In this document: positions 51,168 to 59,997 of the stretch, in pieces
Layout of the letters: each line of letters opens with the position of its first letter
How positions within the stretch are numbered: position 1 is the first letter of the stretch
DNA from: Myxococcales bacterium
Lineage (GTDB): Bacteria > Desulfobacterota > Binatia > HRBIN30
Direction of reading: 5' to 3'
NCBI GenBank assembly: GCA_037445065.1
Contig: JBBILD010000008.1
Span: 64,001 to 128,000 of the forward strand
Length of the DNA stretch: 64,000 bases
The notes under the pieces: generated by a model
Told to the model about the DNA's origin: nothing
Database searches by the model: none
The model's input: the letters and a program-made list of their open reading frames with translations, nothing else
Position numbers and translations under genes: made by a program

Positions 51168-53177
51168 ATGGGAAAGGGATACCGGGGCTTGTTCTTGGTG
51201 CTTAGCTGTTGCGCGTTGGGGTTAGCGGGTCTCACCGCCAGAGCCTCGGCGGAATCTTGCGACAACGGCTCGTTTTCGAGCACGTTTGAGCTCATCCAAA
51301 AGGCGATTTTCGAAAACTCAGGGTGCACGAACCAAGTCTGCCACGGCGAAGCCCGTGCCGGTGGGCTCGACCTCCGTGAAGGTCAGTCGTACGCGCAACT
51401 GGTGGACGTGGACGCGACCACGGTGCCTGGTGCGAAACGGGTCGTGCCAGGGCGTCGTGATCTCAGCCTGTTGTTCACCAACGTGGCTGCCAAGACCTTG
51501 CCTGGCCAGTACCGAGCCCCGTTGCGGCCGATGCCACTCGATCCGTTGCCCGCACTGAGCTTGGATCAGCTCGAGGCTCTGCGCCGATGGATCGAGGCAG
51601 GTGCGCCAGCCACGGGCGTGGTCGCCGGCACCGCGGAATTGTTGGACGCTTGCTTGCCGCCGCCGGAGCCGATCGCGATCAAACCGCTCGATCCGCCACC
51701 GGCGGGGACCGGTATCCAGTTGCGCATGCCCCGGTACGTTTTGGCTCCTCACTCCGAGCGCGAGACTTGTTTCGCCAGCTACTACGACGTCAGTGATCAG
51801 GTACCGCCAGAATTCCGCGGGCCAGATGGCAACACTCTCCGCTACTGGCGCAACGAGATCCGCCAGGATCCGCTCAGCCATCACCTGATCGTCAGCCTTT
51901 ACGCTGGCAACGCCTCGCCAGACGACCCTGCGTGGGGCCAGTTCTTCTGCCGGGGAGGGGAGCGCGATGGCCAGCCTTGCCGGCCTACGGACCTGGCGTT
52001 CTGCGGCGAGGGCATTTGTTCGACCACCCCGGTGAACAGTGTTGCGTGCATCGGCTTTGGCCCTCAGGATGCCGATTTGGGACTCGCCACTGCGGGCTTT
52101 ACGGGAACTCAAGAAACGGCCTCCGAGTTCAATTTTCCTCCAGGTGTGTACCGCGAAATCCCCATTCGCGGCATGGTCATTTGGAATTCTCATGCGTTCA
52201 ATTTGACCGACCAGCCTGGGAAACTGGAGGCCTGGCTCAATTTTGAATTCGCCCCGCCCGAGCGGCAAATCACGCCAGCACTGCAAATTTTCGATACCCG
52301 CACGATCTTCAAGATGACGTCGGTACCCCCCTTCCAAACGAAAGAGGTGTGTAGCCACTACGAGCTCCCTCGCTTCTCGCGTTTGTTCGAGTTGAGTTCT
52401 CATGCGCATAAACGCATGAAGCGATGGCGAACCTTCGAGGGCAAATTCGAGTGCCAGGCCCCCGAAGGACACCCGGCGCGGGGCCAGGCGTGTGAGCCCC
52501 TGGGCTACGACTTCACCAGCCCGGATGTGTGTGCTGGCTACCCGTGCAAGGCCTTCAAGCGAGTGAGAAGCGGTGACTGTGACGAAGACAATACCGTCAC
52601 GGTTGATGAGCTCGTCCGGGCCGTGAATATCGCCCTCGAGAGCCGCGAGATCGGTCGCTGCGTGGATGCCGATGTTGACGACAACGGAAGCGTTACGGTT
52701 GAAGAGATCGTTCGCGGCGTGAAGGCCGCACTCAATGGAGTGCCCGCTCCCTTGGAACGGGATCCGAATGACAGCCTACTGTATGTGAGCCTCATTTATA
52801 ATGACCCGGTGGTGCTGCGCTTCGACCCGCCACGGAAATACGATGCAAGAACAGCCTCGGAGCGGACGTTTACGTATTGCGCGCTTTACGACAATGGTTT
52901 CACTGACCCAGCCGAGGTCAAGCGTAAGTCAACCTCACCTACACCCCCAGTTCCGATCCCTGGGATCGGTGGGCCGTGCCAGGCGCCCACCCACTGCGTG
53001 CGAGGGAAAGTGGGCTCCCCCTGTTCTGGCAACAACGACCGGCAGCGGAATGCTTCCTGTGATTCCGCCGAAGGCGCGGGTGATGGTCTGTGCGATGCCT
53101 GCCCACTCACAGGAGGGGTCACCACGGAAGACGAGATGTTCATCTTGATGGGCCAATACTTCGTCCAGGAGCCCTGA
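51168..53177 (+). CDS. Secreted protein: CX4CH cytochrome c-like domain plus PHM/DBH-like copper monooxygenase fold with dockerin-like insert
   Basis: GAGG SD; signal peptide ending ASA; CTNQVCH...PMP..WIEAGA; SHH, NSHAFN, SSHAH, TTEDEM; GDCDEDNTVTVDELV / DVDDNGSVTVEEIV. Confidence 0.7.
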   Translation: MGKGYRGLFLVLSCCALGLAGLTARASAESCDNGSFSSTFELIQKAIFENSGCTNQVCHGEARAGGLDLREGQSYAQLVDVDATTVPGAKRVVPGRRDLSLLFTNVAAKTLPGQYRAPLRPMPLDPLPALSLDQLEALRRWIEAGAPATGVVAGTAELLDACLPPPEPIAIKPLDPPPAGTGIQLRMPRYVLAPHSERETCFASYYDVSDQVPPEFRGPDGNTLRYWRNEIRQDPLSHHLIVSLYAGNASPDDPAWGQFFCRGGERDGQPCRPTDLAFCGEGICSTTPVNSVACIGFGPQDADLGLATAGFTGTQETASEFNFPPGVYREIPIRGMVIWNSHAFNLTDQPGKLEAWLNFEFAPPERQITPALQIFDTRTIFKMTSVPPFQTKEVCSHYELPRFSRLFELSSHAHKRMKRWRTFEGKFECQAPEGHPARGQACEPLGYDFTSPDVCAGYPCKAFKRVRSGDCDEDNTVTVDELVRAVNIALESREIGRCVDADVDDNGSVTVEEIVRGVKAALNGVPAPLERDPNDSLLYVSLIYNDPVVLRFDPPRKYDARTASERTFTYCALYDNGFTDPAEVKRKSTSPTPPVPIPGIGGPCQAPTHCVRGKVGSPCSGNNDRQRNASCDSAEGAGDGLCDACPLTGGVTTEDEMFILMGQYFVQEP

Positions 53178-53208
53178 GAACTCTCCTGTCAAGGAATGGG
53201 TAGGAACC

Positions 53209-53234
53209 GGGGGCTTCTTGCACGAGAAGCCCCC
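53209..53234 (+). terminator. Stem-loop after gene 51168-53177
   Basis: GGGGGCTTCT-TGCACG-AGAAGCCCCC perfect 10-bp stem; weak U tail. Confidence 0.55.
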
Positions 53235-53308
53235 AATGTTGGCATTTGTATCCTCGCATTGCAGAGGGCTTGCACCGCCCGCCGCCGCACAGGTAGTCTT
53301 CCTTCCCA

Positions 53309-53539
53309 ATGGGGCGAACAAGCCGCGGAAAAAAGCAAAGGAAGGACCGGAAGACGTGCCGCCTTTGCGGCGAGAGGCCGGCAAAGTACCGCTACAGGGA
53401 TCGCGTTCGGTACGACCCGCGACATGATTTGTGCTTTGCGTGCTGGCGGTCAACCCGCGATCGAGCGCGCGTGTTGCCGCCGCATACCCGGGTCGTCGAA
53501 GAGCCAGCGACCGAGGCAGTAGCCCGAATGACCGCGTAG
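53309..53539 (+). CDS. Small basic Cys4 zinc-finger-like protein
   Basis: CRLC-X21-CFAC with HDL before the second pair; TTGCAC-18-TAGTCT just upstream. Confidence 0.62.
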   Translation: MGRTSRGKKQRKDRKTCRLCGERPAKYRYRDRVRYDPRHDLCFACWRSTRDRARVLPPHTRVVEEPATEAVARMTA

Positions 53540-53973
53540 CCTCATGGCGCTACGCAGCATCGGGACTCGATCTCCGTGCCCTCGGTGTTCGCCCTGCCCC
53601 CGCGCGGAAGAACTGGCTGATGAGGGTACGGAACCGGCGGCCTGGGGACGAGCGTAGCCGTTTGTGTGCACCGCGGTTGACCGTATCTCCGGTAGCTCGG
53701 GAGCGCTCCCCTCTCAGGTCTCGCCCTACGACTTGGCCGCGGGAGGTGGCGAAGAATGGATTGCTCCCGTTGCCCCACTCGCATCACTGCCGTGGCCGCG
53801 AAGTACATCACCCCTCAACCCGGGAGCATCGAGCACAGCCCGAGCGGGCAGTGCTTCGCTCCGGGTGGAGATGCGCAAGGCTCGGCTCGAGCAGTCTTGC
53901 GGCTTTGAACGGGCAAGTACGGGCAAGCCCAGGATCGTTGCTGGTGCGGGCCCGCGAAGTCTCGGACTCGCGG

Positions 53974-55362
53974 TTACATGTGCCGGATCACCGCTTCACC
54001 GAATTCCGAGCACTTCACCTTGGTTGCCCCCTCCATCAGGCGGTGGAAGTCGTAGGTCACGGTCTTGGCCGCAATCGCTCCTTCCATGCCTCGGATGATA
54101 AGGTCGGCGGCTTCGTTCCAACCGAGATGGCGGAACATCATCTCCCCAGAAAGGATCACGGACCCGGGATTTACCATGTCGAGGTTCGCATATTTCGGTG
54201 CGGTACCGTGCGTCGCCTCGAAGATTGCGTGCCCCGTGACGTAATTGATGTTGCCCCCCGGGGCGATTCCAATCCCTCCGACTTGCGCGGCAAGGGCGTC
54301 CGACAAGTAGTCCCCGTTCAGATTCAGTGTGGCGATCACATCGAAATCCCGCGGGCGCGTGAGCACTTGCTGCAGGGTGATGTCGGCAATGCTGTCGCGA
54401 ATGAGGAGCTTTTCCTTCCACTTGCCATTGCCGTGGCTAGCCCATAGCGCGAGCGCTGCCTCGACTTCGGCGCGAACCTTCGCCTGCTGTTCTGCCGTCA
54501 TCATGTCGTAACCAGGATCAATGGCGCGCGCGTTTTCCTCGATGCTGAGATTAGGATTTTGTTCCTTGTTGGCGAGAATCCAGCTCTCCCGCTCGGTAAC
54601 GATGCGATCACGAAATTCTCTTTTCGCCAAAGCATACCCCCAATCACGAAAGGCCCCCTCCGTGAACTTCATAATGTTGCCTTTGTGCACGAAGGTCACG
54701 CTACGCCGCCGGTAACGCAGGGCGTATTCGATCGCGGCCCGAACCAGCCGTTCTGTCCCTTCGCGAGACACTGGCTTGACGCCGATCGCGCTGGTTTCCG
54801 GGAAGCGGATTTTCCGCACCCCCATCTCTTCCTGCAAAAACTGGATGACCTTTTTCACTTCGGCTGAGCCGGCTGGCCACTCAATCCCGGCGTAAATGTC
54901 TTCTGTGTTTTCCCGGAAGATCACCATGTCCACCAGCTCGGGGTGTTTGACTGGGCTGGGTACGCCGGGGAAATACCGGACCGGGCGCAAGCACACGTAC
55001 AGGTCTAGCAATTGCCGCAGCGTCACGTTGAGCGACCGAATCCCTCCACCCACAGGGGTGGTAAGCGGCCCTTTGATTCCAACCACGTAATCCTGGAACG
55101 CTTGTACGGTTTCGTCCGGCAGCCAGGTGCCGAGCTGATTGAACGATTTTTCTCCTGCCAGCACCTCCATCCAAGCGATTTTCCGCTTCCCTCCATACGC
55201 TTTCGCCACCGCCGCATCGAATACCTTTTGACTTGCCCGCCAAATGTCAGGGCCAGTGCCATCTCCTTCGATAAATGGAACGATCGGTTGGTCCGGCACC
55301 TCTAACTTGCCAGCGACGCAGCGAATCTTTTCTCCGGCAGGAACTTTGAGCCAGCTTGCCAT
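53974..55362 (-). CDS. icd: NADP-dependent isocitrate dehydrogenase (homodimeric)
   Basis: [57 protein letters not shown]. Confidence 0.98.
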   Translation of the reverse strand: MASWLKVPAGEKIRCVAGKLEVPDQPIVPFIEGDGTGPDIWRASQKVFDAAVAKAYGGKRKIAWMEVLAGEKSFNQLGTWLPDETVQAFQDYVVGIKGPLTTPVGGGIRSLNVTLRQLLDLYVCLRPVRYFPGVPSPVKHPELVDMVIFRENTEDIYAGIEWPAGSAEVKKVIQFLQEEMGVRKIRFPETSAIGVKPVSREGTERLVRAAIEYALRYRRRSVTFVHKGNIMKFTEGAFRDWGYALAKREFRDRIVTERESWILANKEQNPNLSIEENARAIDPGYDMMTAEQQAKVRAEVEAALALWASHGNGKWKEKLLIRDSIADITLQQVLTRPRDFDVIATLNLNGDYLSDALAAQVGGIGIAPGGNINYVTGHAIFEATHGTAPKYANLDMVNPGSVILSGEMMFRHLGWNEAADLIIRGMEGAIAAKTVTYDFHRLMEGATKVKCSEFGEAVIRHM

Positions 55363-55400
55363 GCGGTTCACCTCGCGTTGTATTCACGGAATCCCTCGCG

Positions 55401-55429
55401 GCTATACCAAGCGACGCAAAAACTGTCGA
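55401..55429 (-). promoter_or_regulatory. Possible sigma70 promoter of icd
   Basis: Minus strand TCGACA-17 nt-TATAGC. Confidence 0.4.
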
Positions 55430-55600
55430 CGGCTGAGGTTGTGAGGGGCTGCTTGGTTTTCGCTTCGTCTTAAGCACTGCGGTTCTTTCCCCCTCCGAAC
55501 AAAGACTCGTGTGCGTCGCCCCGGTGGGGTGCGGAAGCCGGTGAACGGCTGGGAACTGGAACGCGATTCTCCGGCCGGTCTTGCGACCTGCTCGACGTGC

Positions 55601-57061
55601 TCACCGAAACCCGGCCGCCTGGTGCGGGTGAACAGCTTGCTCGTTCTGCCTGAGTTCGTTCCAGATCTTCTCCACCGCTTGCTGCCCGGAACGAACGCAA
55701 TCCGGGATGCCCACACCCTCGTATGAATTTCCGGCCAGCGCGAGCCCCGGGACGGCGGCTACAGCATCGCGAATGCGTTGCACTCTTTGCAGATGGCCCA
55801 CTCGGTACAGCGGCAAGCCAATCGGGTACCGGCGCACGATCGCGAGCTCTGGCGTTCCGCTCAGCGGGATCCATGTGCCAATCTCACTGATGGCAAGCTG
55901 GATCAGTTCGGCGTCCTCGCGCCCCAACAGCTCTTCTTGATCCGCGCCCCCATAAAAGGCCCGAAAAAGAACCTTACCGGACGGTGCGCGACCCGGGTAC
56001 TTCCGACTGGAAATGGTGCAGGCCCACAAGTGCTGCTTCTCGGTACGCGGCACGACGAAACCAAAGGTCTCCGGCATCTTCCCGACCTGTTCCGATGGGA
56101 ATGCCAAAGAGATGGTGAGGGAGGGAGTGGTCTCGATCCCAGCGAGCTCGGCGCGCAGCCGTGAGCAGGAGTCGTCCAACAACACCCCTGCTCTCCGGGC
56201 CGGCGTGGCCAAGATCACCGCGTCGGCGAGGAGGCAGCTCCCGTCATCCAAAACCACGCGCCAGCCTTTCCCGCGCTCGAGGCGACGGATCCCGATTCCG
56301 AGGGTAATCCGGGTGCGCCGCAGCGACTGCGCCAAGGCATCCACCAGTACCTGTAGGCCGCGGTCGAAACTCGCAAACAGATTCCAGCGCGCTCCGCTCT
56401 GGCGTGGGCCAGTGCGTTGGGCTTCTCGTCGCATGGCGAGAATCACACTGCGGTGCTCCTGCTCCATTTCTAAGAACCGAGGCATGGTTGCGGCGAGACT
56501 GAGCTCCTCAGCCTTGGCCAGATAGATGCCACCGATCAACGGTTGCGCCACGCGCTCGAGGGCTTCGCGGCCAAACCTGCGGGTTACGAAAGAGGCCAGA
56601 CTCTCGTCTGGTTGTCTCTGCGCGCGAGGTAAAAAGAGTTCGAGAGCCATGCGCGCCTTCCCGGCGAGGGTGAATAAACGACTGCCGAGCAGTGGGCCGA
56701 ACGCTGTCGGGGCCAGCAAGAGAAAGCCCGCGGGCAGCGGGTGCAATTTGCCATCTTGCGCCACGAACGTACGCCGGAACCTTTCCTGGGTGTGAACGAT
56801 GCGTGACTGGAGGCCCAGTTCGCTAGCGAGCTCGAGCGCCCATGGTTTGGCGGTGAGGAAAGAATCCGGCCCCGCCTCGACCAAAAATCCATCATGCTCC
56901 TCCGAGCGAATGGCGCCGCCCAGTCGCTGTTGCCTTTCGAAGAGTTGCACTTCGACGTCTCGCCCGTGTGCTTGGCACAACCTTTCCAGCCGGTAGGCGG
57001 CGGCAAGCCCAGCGATCCCTCCCCCGACGATGGCGACTCGCAAACGGGCCTCGGTCATCAC
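55601..57061 (-). CDS. hemY: Flavin-dependent proto/coproporphyrinogen oxidase (HemY/CgoX)
   Basis: GGGIAGLAAA, EAGPDSF, PLYRVGH, AGNSYEGVGIPDCV. Confidence 0.95.
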   Translation of the reverse strand: MMTEARLRVAIVGGGIAGLAAAYRLERLCQAHGRDVEVQLFERQQRLGGAIRSEEHDGFLVEAGPDSFLTAKPWALELASELGLQSRIVHTQERFRRTFVAQDGKLHPLPAGFLLLAPTAFGPLLGSRLFTLAGKARMALELFLPRAQRQPDESLASFVTRRFGREALERVAQPLIGGIYLAKAEELSLAATMPRFLEMEQEHRSVILAMRREAQRTGPRQSGARWNLFASFDRGLQVLVDALAQSLRRTRITLGIGIRRLERGKGWRVVLDDGSCLLADAVILATPARRAGVLLDDSCSRLRAELAGIETTPSLTISLAFPSEQVGKMPETFGFVVPRTEKQHLWACTISSRKYPGRAPSGKVLFRAFYGGADQEELLGREDAELIQLAISEIGTWIPLSGTPELAIVRRYPIGLPLYRVGHLQRVQRIRDAVAAVPGLALAGNSYEGVGIPDCVRSGQQAVEKIWNELRQNEQAVHPHQAAGFR

Positions 57062-57996
57062 TCCCGCTCTGCAACGGCGTGGAACGCCTCGCAGACCAGA
57101 TCGGCGAGCATCCCGATAAACGCGGGATGGTCGTTCACGGTCTGCGCTCGAACGAAGTTCACTCCGACCTCCGCTGCGGTTCGGCGAGCGACAATGTCGA
57201 GGTCGTACAACACCTCGACGTTGTCACAAACGAATCCTACTGGCGCAACCACCACATCGGTGCTCCCTTGCTGGGCAAGGGCGGGCAAGAGCGCGTTGAT
57301 GTCCGGCTCGAGCCAGGGCTCTTGTGGATTTCCGCTCCGGCTTTGGTAGGCGAGGTGAAAGCGCGCGTGACCGAGGCGGGTCGCCACTGTTCGTGCCACG
57401 TCCAGCAACTCGCGTTCATAAGGAGCGTCTGCCGCCATTTCGAGTGGGAGAGAGTGTGCTGTAAAAACCAGTTCCGTGCGTTCCCACCGTTCGTGGGCAA
57501 TGGTCAGCAAGGCTTGCGCGACGCGGCAGGCGACCGCGTCGGTGAACCCTGGTTGGGTGGACCATGGAGGAACGTACTCGACCTCTGGGCAGCTCCCCTC
57601 CAACTGCTGGCCTGCCGCTTGCACGTCCGCCATGTAGCGATCCCAACTCGCAGTGCTGCGCAACGGCGAGAGAATCACTCCCACCGCGCGCCGCACGCCA
57701 TCCTGCCACATCTGCCGTAAGGTGTCGGAGATCCACGGGAACCAGTTGCGCATGCCAATATACACGGGGAGCGGCAAATCCCTCGAGGCGAGCTCCCAGC
57801 GTAATCGGTGAGCTTGCTTTTGCGTGAGCTCGAGCAGCGGAGAGCGTCCGCCGATCTGCGCGTAGTTTTGCTCTACTTGCGCCAGTCGTTCGGGCGGTAT
57901 GTTCCGGCCGCGCGCCACGCTCTCGAGGAACGGGCGAACTTCCTTGGGCGTTGTGGGGCCGCCGAAAGCGATCAACAAAACGGCGTCGTATGACAT
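57058..57996 (-). CDS. hemH: Ferrochelatase (HemH/CpfC)
   Basis: AFGGP, IGGRSPL, GMRNWFP, FTAHSLP, AYQSRSG..WLEP, EVLYDLD. Confidence 0.95.
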   Translation of the reverse strand: MSYDAVLLIAFGGPTTPKEVRPFLESVARGRNIPPERLAQVEQNYAQIGGRSPLLELTQKQAHRLRWELASRDLPLPVYIGMRNWFPWISDTLRQMWQDGVRRAVGVILSPLRSTASWDRYMADVQAAGQQLEGSCPEVEYVPPWSTQPGFTDAVACRVAQALLTIAHERWERTELVFTAHSLPLEMAADAPYERELLDVARTVATRLGHARFHLAYQSRSGNPQEPWLEPDINALLPALAQQGSTDVVVAPVGFVCDNVEVLYDLDIVARRTAAEVGVNFVRAQTVNDHPAFIGMLADLVCEAFHAVAERE

Positions 57997-58014
57997 AGGA
58001 TGTCGCAGCTCTGT

Positions 58015-59055
58015 TTATCTTACTCGTCTGGCATTGGCAGCGCTCACGTTGTGCACAAGGTCGACGAGATAGCGGACGTGATCCACCGGTGTGACGGGCA
58101 AAATCCCGTGTCCCAGATTAAAAATGTGTCCGTGGCGGCCCGCAGCTTGGCGCAGAATCTCGTGAACGTGGTCGCGGATACTGTCTCGGTCCGCCAGAAG
58201 CACAACCGGATCCAAGTTGCCTTGGATAGCCCGGTCGTAGCCTATCCTCTGCCAAGCCACGGCTAAGTCGATGCGCCAGTCCACGCCAATCACACTTCCG
58301 CCTGCAGCGCGCATGGATTCGAGAAGGCCGCTGGTGCCAGTGCCGAAGTGAATGGCCGGCACTCCCTCCGGTAATGCCGCGAACAAATCCCGCATGTGCG
58401 GGAGCACGAAGCGCCGATAGTCCCACGGCGTGAGGCAGCCCACCCAGCTATCGAACACCTGCACGGCTTGTGCCCCTGCTGCAATTTGCTCGCGGAGGTA
58501 CGCGGCCACTGCGTTGACGAGTTTTTCCATTAAAGCATGCCAAGCTTCCGGGTATCGGTGCATGAGGTTTTTGGTGTGGATGTACGTGCGCGACCCACCG
58601 CCCTCGATTGCATAAGAGGCAAGGGTGAACGGAGCCCCGGCAAAGCCAATCAGCGGGATATGGAGGGCGCGGCGTGCGAGACGAACCGCGTCGTATACAA
58701 ACGAAAGCGCGGCGGGGTCGAAATCTGGCAAGCGGGAGACGTCGTCGGGTGTGCGCACCGGCCGGGTGAGTACAGGACCGTCCGCCGGAGTGAACTGAAG
58801 GCCCAGGCCGAGAGGCTCGAGCACCAAAAGGATGTCAGCAAACAGAATCGCTGCGTCTACCTCGAGGCGCTCGGCTGCTGTCACCGTCACTTCCGCTGCC
58901 GCTGCCGGGTCGTGGCAAAGTTCGAGAAACCCTAGCCGCGCGCGAATGGCTCGGTATTCGGGCATGTAACGGCCCGCTTGGCGCATGAGCCAGACCGGCG
59001 TGTAGGGCACCGGGTCGCGCCGGCAGGCTCGCAAGAATGTGTCGTTGTACGGCAA
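58015..59055 (-). CDS. hemE: Uroporphyrinogen decarboxylase
   Basis: [40 protein letters not shown]. Confidence 0.98.
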   Translation of the reverse strand: MPYNDTFLRACRRDPVPYTPVWLMRQAGRYMPEYRAIRARLGFLELCHDPAAAAEVTVTAAERLEVDAAILFADILLVLEPLGLGLQFTPADGPVLTRPVRTPDDVSRLPDFDPAALSFVYDAVRLARRALHIPLIGFAGAPFTLASYAIEGGGSRTYIHTKNLMHRYPEAWHALMEKLVNAVAAYLREQIAAGAQAVQVFDSWVGCLTPWDYRRFVLPHMRDLFAALPEGVPAIHFGTGTSGLLESMRAAGGSVIGVDWRIDLAVAWQRIGYDRAIQGNLDPVVLLADRDSIRDHVHEILRQAAGRHGHIFNLGHGILPVTPVDHVRYLVDLVHNVSAANARRVR

Positions 59056-59136
59056 GGTACCTCTACAGCTACTCGCCTTTTGCGAGCCGGTAAAGGGCTG
59101 CTGGGCTTCTCAAACCTTTTGGCGCTCTGCCTCTGC

Positions 59137-59988
59137 CTAAGCCTGATTTTTCGTGGCCCACAGTCGGCGGCCGTGCTCGGCAACGAGTTGCACCAATGGC
59201 CCCATTCTCGGTGGGTCGGCTTCTAAGTCCGGTTCGATCCCGTGCGCCCGTAAGGCGGAAGAGCAAACAGGCCCCACAGAAGCGACCACGGAGCTCCGTA
59301 GGGCTCGGTTCCACGCCTGAGCACGTTCTGGCAGTTCTTCTTGCACAAAGTCGAACACCGCGTGGACTTGGTTGGCGCTGGTGAAGATCACGATTTCGAC
59401 CCTTCCGCTCAGCGCGGCTTCGACCCCCGCACGTAGCGCTTCGACGTCGCTGGGACGATCCCACTGGTACAAGGGAACACGCACCACGCGAGCCCCTTTG
59501 CTTGCAAGGCCGCGCAACAGCTCGTGGTTTGGAATTCCATACTCTTGCACTGCCACCGTTTTTCCAGTCAGTAGGTGTTCGCGTTCCATGAGTTCGAGCA
59601 ACTCGCGCCAGGTGTGGGGACTCGGGACGATATAGTCCGGGCTGAGCCCGAGCCCACGGAGGGCAGCGACCGGCTTGGGGCCGCGTGCCACCAGAACGGC
59701 GTGCCGCAGCGCTGCGGCCACTTCGCGGGCGCTCAATTCGGGCTCGACCTGCGCGACTAAAAAGCGAACCCCGACGCCGGTGAGGAGCACCACTACGTCA
59801 ATGCCTCCTCTCTCCAGCGTGGCGAGGTAGGAACGTAGCTCCTCTTTGCTCGCGGTGGCCACTTCGCGCATACTCGGTGCAGAAAGCGCTCGCCCGCCGT
59901 AGTGCTGTATCAGCTTGGCAAGCTCTTGCGCGCGCCGGCTTTCAAAAGCGAGTACGGTCAGCCCCTCTAGCCCACCGCCCTTTGGCAT
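59137..59988 (-). CDS. hemD: Uroporphyrinogen-III synthase
   Basis: ESRRA, LTGVG, ARGPKP, VPLYQW, FTSANQV, SVGPVCS; context. Confidence 0.9.
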   Translation of the reverse strand: MPKGGGLEGLTVLAFESRRAQELAKLIQHYGGRALSAPSMREVATASKEELRSYLATLERGGIDVVVLLTGVGVRFLVAQVEPELSAREVAAALRHAVLVARGPKPVAALRGLGLSPDYIVPSPHTWRELLELMEREHLLTGKTVAVQEYGIPNHELLRGLASKGARVVRVPLYQWDRPSDVEALRAGVEAALSGRVEIVIFTSANQVHAVFDFVQEELPERAQAWNRALRSSVVASVGPVCSSALRAHGIEPDLEADPPRMGPLVQLVAEHGRRLWATKNQA

Positions 59989-59997
59989 CGGTCCACG

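Noticed and set aside
51318..52472. Long antisense ORFs (384 aa here; also 37209-38246, 45633-46514, 38540-39406)
   Set aside because: Shadow frames of well-supported genes in GC-rich DNA with no recognisable motifs
53617..53640. CTGATGA suggesting a hammerhead ribozyme
   Set aside because: No GAAA core after the following short stem
59056..59139. hemD and hemE are in the same frame with a TAG stop, suggesting a read-through fusion
   Set aside because: A second in-frame stop (TGA) occurs nine codons later and hemE has its own SD and TTG start
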